Of a stretch of 64,000 bases of DNA, positions 1 to 13,463 are shown piece after piece. The notes beneath the pieces are model-generated. The model did no database searches. It had not been told where the DNA came from and worked only from the letters and a program-made list of their open reading frames with translations. This DNA is from Octopus vulgaris (lineage: Eukaryota), in contig OX597839.1 of NCBI GenBank assembly GCA_951406725.2, positions 37,200,001 to 37,264,000 on the forward strand, given 5' to 3'. A program made the position numbers and the translations under genes. Each line of letters starts with the position of its first letter. Position 1 is the first letter of the stretch.

Positions 1-779
1 CTCTGCGACGTAGGTTCACCGGTTTTCGTGTCTCTGCAGAGAAAATTCATCGGATAACTTCAATTACCAAATAAAATACAGACAAGAATTTCATCTGCGA
101 AACGTCACCGCCACTGATTGATTTTTGTTTCCACATCACAATTATTGGATTTTCAAATGGTCAACGCCTCTGGCGTAAGAGATAAAACTTTGACCAGTAG
201 AATTAATAACACCATTTCAATTCTTGCTTTAAAGCCAATTTAAGCTGAAGAATTGACAGAAGAACCATTAGAGCATCAGACAAAACATTTTACAGTACTC
301 GATTTAGCTCACCTTTTGTTGTTCTGAGTTCAAATCCCACAGAGGACAAATTTGCTTTTCATCCTTTCAGGGTTGATTTAATCAACACATCCACCACTTC
401 ATCTCAAGAAACTGGCTTTTCACAACCCTCTATTTTTGGTTGGTCAAGCAAAATCATGGCTGATCATTGAAGTGGGGATCAAAGTCCAACTATTTCCGGT
501 TCACTTTCAGTGCTTGTTGCAAAGTTTTTGGTCAAAGTGCTGCTGGAAAATGGTATGCGTCTGCTTGGAGTCATAAAGCATGTACTCAATGCGGTCTGTC
601 AGAGACGAAAATACGGTTCTGTTGCTACACTGTGCTTCTATCACTGGGTCCTATCAAACAATCCCAAGTCATTTTTGACGAGCATTGCTAGCCGAGAAGT
701 TACAAGACATGGGTCAACTCAAAGCTAAAGAAAATGTATGGGAGTTGCATGATGCAGATCACATAAAAAAGTACCATCT

Positions 780-1300
780 TGCCAGAAGAATTAAACTCAG
801 GGGTAGGGGCTTCCACATGATCTCAAAATAAGAATGTAAAGAAAGTCCTGGATGATGTGAGGCATAATGTGGATTATATCAACCAAGAAAGAGAAAATGG
901 AAGTTTGGGGCTGTGTAGATAGACTGACATTAAGGGAAAGGGATAGGAATTGCTGATGTACCACACACCTGCCCACAATTTGGTGTTACAGTACATGGGG
1001 AGGATATAGGGCAGTCACAGACAGAGAAATTAATATTGACCCTTGTTTTGTCATCGCCTTTGGAGAACAATACAAGCAGATACTGAAAACAGAGATGACC
1101 TGCAGCAATATCTGGCCAGGTAGATATCTGCAAAGTACCTAGAACCAGATCACTCCTGTACAGCACAGTGAAGGGTGGGGGCATCAGACTAGTGGTGCAG
1201 GGCAGAAATCTCAGCTTTTGCATGTATGAGAGTACAAACCACACGGGGACCTATTGTCCAGAAAAAAAGAAAAAAACAAAAAGAAAAGTTGGGTGGTGGT
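780..1300 (+). mobile_element. degraded retrotransposon gag/ORF1-like remnant
   Basis: RLVVQGRNLS-FCMYESTNHTGTYC-PEKKK looks like a decayed C-x2-C-x4-H-x4-C knuckle (TTT and TAT from TGT); broken frames. Confidence 0.35.
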
Positions 1301-2174
1301 CAACAGTGGCAGACAAGCACAGTGGCTGCTGCTGCTGCTGTAACAGTGTTGATCCAAATTCTGAAGACGGCCATAGTGGAAGTAAAGACAAATAGACCCA
1401 TCTTCAGTTTTACCCAAGGGTCAACAATATAGGGAATAGAGAAAATGAGGTGTCTCCTTTTCCAGCCCAAGACAGGCCAGAGGCTCTGTGTAGCAGTTCT
1501 ACCATCATTTTATTGCATCAGTGAAGAAGAAATGGAAACTGAAGAAAATTGTAAACCATCAAGGAGCAAATTAACAACGTTGAGCAGAAACTGATAGAAA
1601 GTAGGCTGATGAGATTCCTACACAAAGAAGAACTCATTCACCTCCAGCACTGGGGAGAAACTAAACTCCATGGATATCCAAAATGACAACTGTAACCAAA
1701 TGAAACAGGTCATGGACACAGTGAACTATACCACAATGGGGCACCTATATACAGCTAGGTAGACTGGACTGCTGATAGTTCAGAGTGTTGGTCATGGACA
1801 CAATGCAGAGAACTAACTACACTACACCATGATACCTATATACTAAGTAGACTTGACTGTTCACAGTAATGTGTCTTATTCATGAACTCAGTGCAGTGAA
1901 CTTTCTCATGTGGTGGTACCTACCTACGGCTATGTGGACTGGTTTATGAACTATCACCTCTTTAGGTTTTAAGTATCTCTCTTCTCGAGTTTGTCAGCTG
2001 CGATTTTCACAAATCGCTAATTAAGTTCCAATTATGATTTAATCAAGTTTATAATTTCCAACTTCAAAGCAATTGACGTGAAAACTGTCAGCAATTAATT
2101 ATTTCAACAAAGAAAACATTCTAATTATTGCAATCAAATTAACTTCGAATTCTTTCGATCTTAAAAAGAATGGA

Positions 2175-2975
2175 GATCATGTTGAAGTGGTGGTGTGGTG
2201 GTGGTGGTGGTTACTGTTGTTAATGGAGGTAGTTATGGTGTTTGAGATGGTGGTGATGGTGACAGTGTAGTGGTGGTGGTGGTGATGGTGACAGTGGTGG
2301 AGATGATAATGGCAGTAATGGCAATGGCGCTAGTGAGTGTAGTTAGGGTTAGGGTTGCTGATGTTGCTGTGGTAGCGTTGGCAACTACAGTGATGGCAGT
2401 GGTATCAGAAGTGATGGAAGTTGCAGTGTTGGTGGTTGCTGTTGTGGTGGCGATGGATGGTGGCTGGTGGCAACAGCAAGAGTGTTAGTTGACATGACAT
2501 GATGGTGAAGGTGGCAACGGTGGGGATGCAGGTGATGGTGATAGCGGAAACGGTTGTGATTGTAGTAATGGTAGAAGTCATGTTGGTGGTGGTGGTGGTG
2601 GTGGTGATGGTAATGGCAGTTGTGGTGGTGCTGATGGTAGTGGTGATAGCAATGATAGTGATGGTGGTTGTGGAGGTGGCAGTGATAACAGCAGTGGAGG
2701 TGGTGGTGGTGGTGATGGTAGTAACATTGGAGGTGATGGTGGTGGTGGTGGTGGTGGTGGTGGTGGCTGTGGTGATGGTGTGGTAATGGTTGTCATCATT
2801 GTCAATAAGGTGATGGCAGTGAGTGGCAGTGGCGGTAGTGGCATGGTGGCGGTAGTGGCATGGTGGCGGTAGTGGCATGGTGGCGGTAGTGGCATGGTGG
2901 TGGTGGTGGTGATGATGATGGTGGCAGAGATAGTAGTAGTGGTGGTGGTGGTGGTGGTATTGGTGGTGGTGGTCC
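2175..2975. repeat. degenerate (GGT/GAT)n trinucleotide tract
   Basis: Visible directly; explains the poly-V/M/T ORFs. Confidence 0.9.
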
Positions 2976-4111
2976 AGATTGGAAAGAGCCCTGCTAATGA
3001 CTTCACCGCTGCTGTTTCATTAAATAACAAATTTATTGATTCGTTTTCTTGCTTACAAATCAAATCAATCGAATCACTGTTTTAACTGACAACTCAATAT
3101 TCCAGTATTGATCACATTAAGTACCAGTAATGAACTGAGGTCAGTTTAAGTGATTGCATGGTTAGGATGGAAGTGATGCTGTTGCTTTTATTTTTCATTT
3201 TTTGCTCTTTTTTAGTTTTTTACATCTTGGTCATCGTGGAAAGAAAGTGCACCTCACTTTTTTTTTACAGGTCCTCCAAGGTGAGGATAACTGCAAGATG
3301 AAACCCCAGATACTCAGGCCAAATACTTTGTCTCAAACAGGCATAGCTGTGTGGTTATGAAGCTTGCTTAGCAACCATGTAGATAGGGGTTCAGTCCCAC
3401 AGTGCAACACCTTGGACACATCTTCTACTATAGCCATGGACTGACCAATGCCTTGTGAGTAAATTTGGTAAATGAAAGCTGTATGGAAACTTCTGTGTGT
3501 GTATGTGTGTGTGTGTGTGAATTTTTCCTCCCACTACTTCACATGGTGTTGGTTTGTTTACATCTTCCTAACTTAGCAGTTTGACAAAAGAGACTGATAG
3601 AATAAATTCCAGACTTAAGAATAACATCTGGGATTAATTTGGTTAAGTAAACCCTTCAAGGCAGTGCCCTGCCTTTCCTCCCTATGGCCACAGTCCAATG
3701 ACTGAAACAAGTAAAAAGAGATAAGGTTGTCTCTTCTAAAAGATACCTAAGGACCAGGAAGGGCCAGTGCTAAACTGGATGATAATATATTTCAAACCCC
3801 TAGCCTGTCTTTGTATGCAACAGTGTAAATGTGAACAGTAATAAGGGGTCAGTAAGGGAACTTCTACAATGGAATGTCATCCAGACTGTAATTATTTCCC
3901 ATCTATAAAAAAATGTCTTGCTTCACAAAATGTTTGACTTACTACAATTTAGTTACCTTGGGTTATGTCATGCTGATGATTTCTAATAAGAATGAAATGG
4001 TTCTATACATGATTACCCGAGACTAGAAATTTTAAGATCTTTGTAATATGTATGTAAGCAAAAGAAAATGAGACATGTATGTACTATGTATGTTTTTCCT
4101 TGTTCTTCAAA

Positions 4112-4486
4112 CTCATCATCACCATTGTTCGACCGTGGTTGAGACAATGGAATTTACCATGCTATGTCAGACTTCACGGTCCATCATGGCATTACGGAGG
4201 TCCTGTTGCTGGATGCCTGTATCCCTGGAGATTACATCAGGGTAGGAGAGTGTGCGCCGTCTGGTATTGCGAGTAGATGGCTTCCAGAGGAGAAGAGTAG
4301 AAATTACCTCTTTTTCAGCTCTACAACAATGTCCAGCAAACTGGACTCTCCTACCTTTCACAAGAGATGACACAGGTGGTAGTTTCCCATATATTTGCAT
4401 TTTGGTTGGATGGCGCTTCCACAAGAGATTTTGAGATCTCATAAGGAGGCGAGTGTAAGTTCCATCCAACCGCCTCTCAAGCTTCC
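4112..4486 (-). mobile_element. RTE-type LINE 3' end
   Basis: LERRLDGTYTRLLMRSQNLLWKRHPT...RRVQFAGHCCR...LRNAMMDREV followed by a (TGA)n tail. Confidence 0.75.
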
Positions 4487-5251
4487 TGCAAAATATTAAA
4501 TGGCTGCCAGAACACCAGATGTTAGATACGTTATCTGATCTACAAGAAATATCTACCAAATCTCCTACAAATCTTACTTCACCTTTTCCTAATTCAATAA
4601 AACAGGGACCACATAAGACAGTGAGGGAGCTTCTGTTTAGTAAACAGGACCTACTCAATAAAACAACCAGATTTTCTTCTATAAACTTTCTAAAGGGGGA
4701 ACATAAACCAGTAAAGGAACTTTTATATGCTGAATTTGACAACCAAATCTCCCCTCAACAGACTCCCTGCTATCTTCAAAGTAGGGACCACATGAACCAG
4801 TATGGAAGCTTCAGTTTACCCAATTGACTTTACTGCAGCTATGTGGTTAAGAAGTTTGCTTCCCAACCACATGGTTCCAGGTTCAGTCCCACTGTATGGC
4901 ACTTTGAGCAAGTGTCTTCTATGAAAGCCATAGGCCTTGTGAGAGGATATGGAAGATGGAAACTGAAAGAAGCTCATCATGTATGCATATGTGTGTGTAT
5001 ATGCATGTGTGTGTGTGTGTGCATATGTATATTTGTGTGTATTTACTCTTTTACTTGTTTCAGTCATTTGACTGCGGCCATGCTGGAGCACTGCCTTTAG
5101 TCGAGCCAATCGACACCAGGACTTATTATTTGTAAGCCTAGTACTTATTCTATCAGTCTCTTTTGCTAAACCACTAAGTTACGGGGACGTAAACACACCA
5201 GCATTGGTTGTTAAGCGATGTTGGGGGGACAAACATACACACACACATACA

Positions 5252-5300
<49 letters not shown>

Positions 5301-6031
5301 GCATACATATACGACAGGCTTCTTTCAGTTTCCATCTACCAAATCCACTCACAAGGCTTTGGTCAGCCCGAGGCTATAGTAGAAGACACTTGCCCAAGGC
5401 TACTGCAGTGGGACTGAACCCAGAACCATGTGGTTGGTAAGCAAGCTACTTACCACACAGCCATTCCTGCGCCTATATATATAATGACAGTCTTCTTTCA
5501 GTTTCAGTCCACCAAATCCACTCACAAGGCTTCCGTTAGCCCGAGGCTAAAGTAGAAGACACTTGCCCAAGATGCCATGCAGTGGGAATGAACCTGGAGC
5601 CATGTGGTTGGTAAGCAAGCTACTTACCACACAGCCACTCCTACACCTATTATACTGAAATTTATATATATATATATATATATGTACATGTGTATGTTTG
5701 TGTGTCTGCGTTTGTCCCCTCAACATCGCTTGACAACTGATGTTGGTGTGTTTACATCCCCGTAACTTAGCGGTTTGGCAAAAGAGACCGATAGAATAAG
5801 TACTAGGCTTACAAAGAATAAGTCCTGGATTTGTTCGACTAAAGGCGGTGCTCCAGCATGGCCGCAGTCAAATGACTGAAACAAGTAAAAGAGTAAAGAG
5901 TATAATAGGAATCTATGTCATCTGGAATGTATTTATAGAAAATTTCATTAAAAAAATATCCATTTTTATTGGAAGTTATGAAGAAACTAGGTCAACGGGG
6001 ACACATTTGCGTAGGTATGCCTGAACATATA

Positions 6032-6890
6032 CAGTAATACCTCATTTTACATGGACCCATTTTACGAGACCCCAGGTTTACGAGTTTAATTTTTCAAGCA
6101 AAAGATCCGAATTTTGAAGAAATTGCAAAAGTTTCGACTTTCATAACAAATGCTTCTGTGTATTACCAAGAAATTTAAAAAGAGCCAAAAAAAGGCTTCT
6201 TCTAACCAAAAAAACTCTAGACTTGTTTTTTAAAAAGGAATCTACAAGTCTGTCTACGAGTGCTTGTGAATCAGCGATTGCATCTAGAAGTGATGGTGTG
6301 CACAAGTCTAGTGCGAGGGAAAGTGATTCAGAAAACGATTATCGTCCGCTTTCCATACTAGCATAGGTTGGACGGTTCAACTGGGGTCTGGGAAGCCAGA
6401 AGGCTGCACCAGGCCCAGTCTGATCTGGCAGTGTTTCTACAACTGGATGCCCTTCCTAACGCCAACCACTCCGTGAGTGTAGTGGGTGCTTTTTACGTGC
6501 CACCCGCACAGGTGCCAGACGGTGCTGGCAAACGGCCACGGACGGATGGTGCTTTTTACGTGCCACCGGCATGGGGGCCAGGCGAGGCTGGCAACGGCCA
6601 TGAACGGATGGTGCTTTTTACGTGCCACCGGCACAGGGGCCAGGCGAGGCTGGCAAACGGCCACGGACAGATGGTGCTTTTAACGTGCCACCGGCCACGA
6701 TCTTAACATTCTTTTTACTTTACAAATAGTATTCTTTACATTTTACTATTGTTTTATTGCCATTTATTTACGAATGTTATAAATTTTATAGGTAAAATAT
6801 CTTTCAGGGATTTGCTACTATGGAAAATTATTTCTCTGCCTTACGACTGTTCTCCGGGAACAAAGTAACTCGTATATCGAAGCATTATTG
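6032..6890 (+). mobile_element. Tigger/pogo (Tc1-mariner) deletion derivative with nested SINE
   Basis: TA|CAGTAATACCTCATTTTAC ... GTATATCGAAGCATTATTG|TA imperfect TIRs. The internal remnant DPNFEEIAKVSTFITNASVYYQEI*...QKTLDLFFKK resembles Tigger transposase C-termini. A SINE is inserted at about 6340-6700. Confidence 0.65.
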
Positions 6891-6898
6891 TATATATT

Positions 6899-6950
<52 letters not shown>

Positions 6951-6955
<5 letters not shown>

Positions 6956-7321
6956 CATAAGGGGGATCAGCCATCTGAATGTGGCTAGGGACGGGGCGGG
7001 GTAGTGGGGGTGTTACTGATGCATTTAGCCCCAGGCGATCATCGACGTCACCAGAAGGGCTGACACCATCTCGGTGTCCTTGCCAGCCTGCAAAGGGAGA
7101 TCAGCCTCCCCGAAGATACGGATACTACATACGGACCGGTTTCGAGGTTATTGCCTCTTGTCAACGCATGGCAAGGACATGCAGGCTGGCAAGGACACCG
7201 AGATGGTGTCAGCCCTTCTGGTGACGTCGATGATCGCCTGGGGCTAAATGCATCAGTAACACCCCCACCACCCCGCCCCGTCCCTAGCCACATTCAGATG
7301 GCTGATCCCCCTTATGTTATA
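6951..7321. mobile_element. fold-back element, probably Penelope-derived (142-bp inverted arms, 87-bp loop)
   Basis: 6951-7092 is the reverse complement of 7180-7321 with one mismatch that I can see. The loop carries a hammerhead, and the element sits in (TA)n. Confidence 0.8.
7128..7170 (-). ncRNA. minimal type I hammerhead ribozyme, U3-A8 core variant
   Basis: Minus strand: CATGCG-TTGACAA-GAGG-caataa-CCTC-GAA-ACCGGT-C-CGTATG. Helix I has one G-U pair, helix II is 4 bp, helix III is the palindrome ACCGGT, and the site is GUC. Confidence 0.7.
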
Positions 7322-7363
7322 GAGCAGTTACTGTTTATATCTCGCTCAGAGATTTATTATTGT

Positions 7364-7414
<51 letters not shown>

Positions 7415-7859
7415 ACATATATATATCTTGCCTATTCTTTGTTACTTTTGTGGACGAAACGATAATTGACGGGTATTTGGACTGCGCCACAGTCAAGAAG
7501 AAGGAAATTCAGACCCCATTTCACTGTAGTGTCTTTGGTTAGGTCAAATTTAAGCGATGCAGATTAAAACATTTTCATTCGCTCCCTATAGATCCAACGC
7601 AAGAGATCCCATCGTAACCAACACTTATTTTCCATCTTTTGAAGTCGATATAGACGAAGGGAAATAACTCTTTATACCAATGTGTAGTATAAGAATTGCC
7701 TCCCTTAGATTTTTCGCACAGTATGTTGAAACTTGCTGCAAGGTGAGCAGGTAAAAGAAAAAAATCTTCAGAGAAAGAACTCCCGTCAAACAAGCATTTT
7801 GGCCCATTCGTTTCTGACACTCGAAGGGAACAGGACCACCTATGTAGTGACTCCAAGGT

Positions 7860-8790
7860 GTACTCCTGCTCTTATTTAGAGAAATTGAACTTGGAACCTT
7901 TGAGTGAGTTTATTGCTCAACCATAAAAACCCACCTCATGAATTTTCACTGCTTCAAACTAGGTTTCCTTTCTCCTATGTTTAATGGCTTGCTGTAGTCT
8001 TTTTCGGTTTCATCAGTGCAATTGTACTCCTCTTTTGTTATTTCTTTCATCTACTCGGCTCTCGTAAGGAACAGTCAATTCAAACAAGATATTTTGGCAC
8101 CTGATTTCGACCATAGGACAATATCTAGTCTTTGTCCCTTTTATACTGGCAAAACTTTTGCACCAATCTGGGAGGTCTGAATATATTTCTCATTCCCATT
8201 TCAGATTTTGTCCAAGCACAAATTTATGATTGAATTTTTATTTTTAATCCATCTCCCACTCATATCGTAACTGACTTTTGCAACGACTCGTCTCAATTTG
8301 TCGATTGTCCTTGTCAAATCAGTTGTACTATTTTTGTATACCTTATTTTGTCCTCCTCTTACCTTACTTCCTGTATTACCAAGTTTCGGCAGTCTCTACC
8401 CGTGGTCTTCAACAACCATTGCATTCTACTTGTGCCTAACTCTTGTCTATCCATCTGGGTAAAGCCAATGACTTCCTTAAGGGCGATTTCATTTTTAGTC
8501 TCTACTGTGGCACATAAGACCTTCCATTTCCCGTTTATTCTCAATGTAGGCTGTAACGATCTGACGTCTGTCCTTCGAGCACCCTAACATCATCTGCAAT
8601 CTCGCCTTTCCAGCTTTGTATTCTTCTACAATTGACTTCAGTGGCAATTTCAGTTTTGTTTGTCGACAGTATAGGTTAACGTCTGACAGTCCAGAAGCAA
8701 CACCTTGTCTTTTTTAGTTGAGTTTATAGATTTTCGCCTCCATTGCTTCACCTGTGTTCGTGACAGTTTTGTGTACGAGTAGAATTTGTT
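7860..8790 (-). mobile_element. degraded RLE LINE (Hero-like) 3' portion
   Basis: Remnants LYSLP/IVEEYKAGKARLQMML, NGKWKV..LKEVIGFTQMDRQELG..QW..RNLVIQEVR and ILFELTVPYE; many stops. Confidence 0.6.
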
Positions 8791-9109
8791 GGGGATGGAT
8801 TTTCTATTGCTGAATACCCTTCCCTATTACCAACTCCCAACTGTTTCTAACTAAGGTAATATTTCCCCATGCCCAGATGTGTTTTCGTGAAGGATGTCAA
8901 ACAGACCGGGCACTGCATTGTGTTCTTGAGAAAAGCACTTCATTTCACTTGCTCTGCGATCATTTCGTCATCTGTGCAGGTAATGTCAGTTTGATGGAGG
9001 GAGTGAGCTTATGTGTACACAAACATTTGAGTGCTATAAACAAGTCATTTGTGTGGTTGTTCGGTAAGAGACTGTCGAAATCTCATATGTCGTCTAACAA
9101 CAGGAGAGT

Positions 9110-9169
<60 letters not shown>

Positions 9170-9316
9170 TAAATTAGAGACAAAACCACTATTAGGCAAA
9201 TCAAACAATGAAAGACTTAAGCCAATACATATTCCCTAATATTTTACTATAAAATTGGATTCAATCCTAAATCTGATTTTTCCCTGTAAGTTTGGATTTA
9301 TTCCCTATATTTATTT

Positions 9317-9358
<42 letters not shown>

Positions 9359-9740
9359 GAAAAGAGATTAGAGATCTATACAGATCAAATTTTTATATAT
9401 AAAGGATGGAGGTGGAATAGCACAGAAATATCTCAGTTGAAGAAGGAATTTAATAAAATTGATTTTTAAAAATTGTTTCAAAAACTATATAAAGAAGATA
9501 TTACTGGTTTCAGTGAATCTCATTAAATATCAGTAAAAATTTATAAAAATTTGAAATAAAATAGTTTATCATCTGTCTGGGGGTCAAGAACATGTCTTCT
9601 TCCTGTTTCTTGAGTAATGCTGCAATGGACTGGCGTCCTGTCCAGCTGGGGGGAACATATACACCACAGAAACTGGGAAACCAGGCCCATGAGCCTGGCT
9701 AGACTTGAAAAGGGCGAGGGAGGGAATATATATGTATATA

Positions 9741-9786
<46 letters not shown>

Positions 9787-11371
9787 CGTGTGCATTTTAT
9801 TTAAAGTTGTATTCACACACACATATACACATGCATATACACAAGTCGACAAGGGATCCTATATGTGATTACACAATCTACAAAAATGGCAGATAAATTT
9901 CTCCCTCCTCCACTGCTCACCTAGTTAACATTTAGATAATATCATTCAAAATGGACAACATGACAGAGAGAAAGAGGGGTGGTCATGACAAGAATGTCCT
10001 GGATCAACAGTCTGCTCAGTCAATGCTGACCTGGGGTTAAACAAGAGCACCAGCATGCATTGATTTGCACTGATGACAAATATTTTGCCCTTAATTGACA
10101 GCTCTCCTTGAATCTAGATTTCCCATAATCATATAAATGTCCCTGTCGAGGATTTCCAGAGAAAATATGGATATGACGGGTCACCTTGTCTGTAGTTTTA
10201 AGACATGTCTTAATCATATTTCACACAGAATGATTGAGAACACAAGCAGCCGAATTGGGGCTGAAGTTCTTCTGAAGGATCCCTTGAGTAAGAATATCAT
10301 AGGAAAGAATCACAAGACGAATTCTTTAAACCAAACCAACCGGCAGGAGACCTAGGGCTAAATTAAGAATGAAAACCTATTTCTCTATTACCCACAAGGG
10401 GCTAAACATAGAGGGGACAAACAAGGACAGACATAGGTATTAAGTTGATTACATCGACCCCAGTGCGGAACTGGTACTTAATTTATCGACCCCAAAAGGA
10501 TGAAAGGCAAAGTCAACCTCGGCGGAATTTGAACTCGCAACGTAACGACAGACGAAATACCGGTAAGCATTTCATCCGGCGTGCTAACGCTTCTGCCAGC
10601 TCGCCGCCTTCCTGAGACCGTTGGATAGTATCCATGGCCCCAGTTAGTATGCTTGGTAATCCAGCAAGCAAGTGTAATGACGCTTGCTTCTGATAGGATC
10701 CTATGGAATAGATCCCTGAGGACAACTCCCAAGACTCTTTCAGGAAAAAACGGGTGGAGAAGATGGCTGGATGATCATAAGCAAAACATTTGTGAATCAC
10801 ACAGTTCTACTGACTGGGATGAAGCATGCACCTTTAGAGATACCTATGCATTTTTAGATGAACTGTATGATTCAAGGAATGTAAGGTGACCATCTTGAAA
10901 AGACACCAGAAATCTAGTCACAAAATAACTGCTAAGTATATTATCACTAACAATTCTTTTACTCTTATACTTGTTTCAGTCATTTGACTGTGCCCATGCT
11001 GGGGCACCAACTTTAGTTGAGCAAATTCTTTGTGAGCCTAGTACTTATTCTATCGGTCTCTTTTGCTGAACCGCTAAGTTATTGGGACGTAAACGCGCCA
11101 ACATCGATTGTCAAGCAATGTTGGTGTGACAAACACATTCGCTGCTTTATTCCAAGGAATCTAGTGCTTTTGGCTTAGATTTTCCTTGGGGCTGGCCAGA
11201 TTGGAGCAGTCTCGAGTATAACCAGCCAAAACTGCAAAGATAATCTGGAACTCGACTGACAAAAGAAAACTCCAAATGTCCCTTTTTGTATTATCTAACT
11301 GTCTGGATGTTTTGTTGTCACCTGTTGTGTTCTTGTGCCATTTTTTGTATTCTTTTCTATATATATATATA

Positions 11372-11790
11372 GGCGCAGGAGTGGCTGTGTGGTAAGTAGC
11401 TTGCTAACCAACCACATGGTTCTGGGTTCAGTCCCACTGCGTGGCATCTTGGGCAAGTGTCTTCCGCTATAGCCCCGGGCTGACCAATGCCTTGTGAGTG
11501 GATTTGGTAGACGGAAACTGAAAGAAGCCTGTCGTATATATATATATATATATATATATATGAGTATGTGTGTGTTTGTGTGTCTATGTTTGTCCCCCTA
11601 GCATTGCTTGACAACCAATGCTGGTGTGTTTACGTCCCCGTCACTTAGCGGTTCGGCAAAAGAGACTGATAGAATAAGTACTGGGCTTACAAAGAATAAG
11701 TCCCGGGGTCGATTTGCTCGACTAAAGGCGGTGCTCCAGCATGGCCACAGTCAAATGACTGAAACAAGTAAAAGAGAGTAAAGAGTAAAG
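11372..11790 (+). mobile_element. tRNA-derived SINE family A (representative copy)
   Basis: GGCGCAGGAGTGGCTGTGTGGTAAG..GGTTCAGTCCC head, internal (TA)n(TG)n, ...CAAATGACTGAAACAAGTAAAAGAG tail. Other copies at about 3340, 5042(-), 16117, 22770(-), 27470(-), 36396, 39794, 43058(-), 57060(-) and 60107(-). Confidence 0.85.
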
Positions 11791-12059
11791 AGTATATATA
11801 TATGACAGGCTTCATTCAGTTTCCATCTACCAAATCCACTCACAAGGCTCTGGTCAGCATAAGGCTACAGTAGAAGACTGAACCCGGAACCATGTAGTCC
11901 ATAAGCAAGCTACTTACCACACAGCCACTCCTGCAACTATATATAAGTTCTCATGACCAAAACACTTAACTGTCAACAGTCCAGTCTACCTAGCTGTAAG
12001 TAGGTACCACTGTGTTGTATTTGTAAACAATATATTTAGCACTCACCACTTTGTTCCAA

Positions 12060-12950
12060 AGAGAAGGGGAAAGGAAAATAAGAGAGGCATAGGAGGAAAA
12101 CAGAGAGGGGGAGAGAGAGAAGGACAAAGAGTAAAAGGGGTAGAGAGAAGATAAAGTATAAAAAGTAGAAAGTAACACGAGAGAGAGGAGAGAGAGAGAG
12201 AAAAAAAAACAATGAAAGATAAAGAAAGGGGAAATAGTTCATGAAAGAGGAAGATAGAGAAAACAGGATGGGTGAGAGAGAGAGAAGAGCAATGGAGAGA
12301 ATGAGAGAGTAAGGGAGGAAGTAGAGAGAGTAAGGGGGAGAGATAGAAACAAAGCAAAGGAGAGAATGAGAAAGGAGAAAGAAAGAGGAAGAGAGAATAA
12401 TACAACAATGAAGTTCAAAAAGTGAGTGGAGAAAAGTGAGAGGGAAATGAGAGAGGGAGAGACAGATAGACAGAAAGACAGATATAGGCAGGCAAGAAGA
12501 AGAAGAAGAAGAAGAAGAGAGACAGAAAGAAAGAAAGACAGAGAAAGAGATAGAAAGAGAGAAACAAAGAAACAAAAACAAGGGAATGAGCAGAAAACCT
12601 GAGAGAGAGAGAGAGAGATGAAAGACAGGCTGGCAAAAAAAGAGACAAAGCGACAGACAGATAGACAGAAAGACAGATGTAGGTAGGCAAGAAGAAGAAG
12701 AAGAAGAAGAAGAAGAAGAAGAAGAAGAAGAAGAAGAAGAAAGAAGAGAGACAGAAAGAAAGAAAGAGAGAGAGATGATAGAGAGATGAAAGAGGACAGG
12801 CTGGCAGCAGAAAAAGAGAGACAGAGCGACAAAAAAGATGAGAGTGAAAGAGAGAGAGAGACGGAGAGTGAAGCCATGACAGACCGGGAGACCGATCGAC
12901 AAATGAGACAGACAGACAGATGGTGACTGTAGGATGCCATGTAGACCAGG
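12060..12950 (+). repeat. purine-rich GA/GAA/GACA low-complexity tract upstream of TMED
   Basis: (GAA)n, (GA)n and (GACA)n, with an internal duplication of about 200 bp. Confidence 0.85.
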
Positions 12951-13166
12951 ATGGGGGGTGGGTGGAGGGAGGGAGAAAACAAACAAACAAACAAAAGAGA
13001 AAACGATGGGGGGTTGGTTGGAAAGAGGGGGGGAAGGGAATGTGAGCGATTTCAAACAAGTCGAGACGAGCACAGAAGCAAATCCATGTTGATCCCCCCC
13101 GAGTCAGGTGAAAATGGACTTATCCAGCTGATAGAATCGATAGGTGAGAAGAGTGGAAAGCCGCGT

Positions 13167-13463
13167 ATGAACGGGGGGAGATGTGAAAAGATGGCTTTCA
13201 ACCGTTGTAGGTGGACGACCGGGAGGATCGTCTGTTGTGTTTTGTTAATGGTTTGCATGACGGCAGTGGAATCGAATGAGGAGAACCTTCAGCAAGGTGG
13301 TGGCGCCAAGGAAAGCCACGAAGAGGCGGCAGAAACGATCAATCTGTCCACCTTAATACAGCACTCCGTCGATGTGGAGTTCAAATTCGAAATTGGTGCC
13401 GGCAAGGAAGAATGTTTTTACCAACATCTCTACAATAATTCCGGTGTTTACCTGACATATGAG
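13167..13463 (+). CDS. p24/TMED (GOLD-domain) protein, gamma subfamily, coding exon 1 (signal peptide + GOLD N-terminus)
   Basis: Translates to (M)NGGRCEKMAFNRCRWTTGRIVCCVLLMVCMTAVES...VEFKFEIGAGKEECFYQHLYNNSGVYLTYE and ends at GAG|gtaag, phase 0. ECFYQ is a typical p24 GOLD motif. The start codon is uncertain (in-frame ATGs at 12951, 13086, 13167, 13191). Confidence 0.9.

Noticed and set aside
1-180. Possible first exon at the window edge (MNFLCRDTKTGEPTSQ on -, CpG-richer sequence)
   Set aside because: Too short and truncated by the window edge to support.
2343-2356. TTAGGG telomeric repeat
   Set aside because: Only two units inside a GT-rich tract; likely chance.
10120-10890. Short ORFs with RRWLDD
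   Set aside because: Probably a heavily decayed RTE LINE end split by a SINE; too degraded to annotate confidently.
12036-13073. 345-aa and overlapping hydrophobic S/L/F-rich ORFs on -
   Set aside because: They are translations of the GA-rich low-complexity tract, open in all three frames, with no domain signal.
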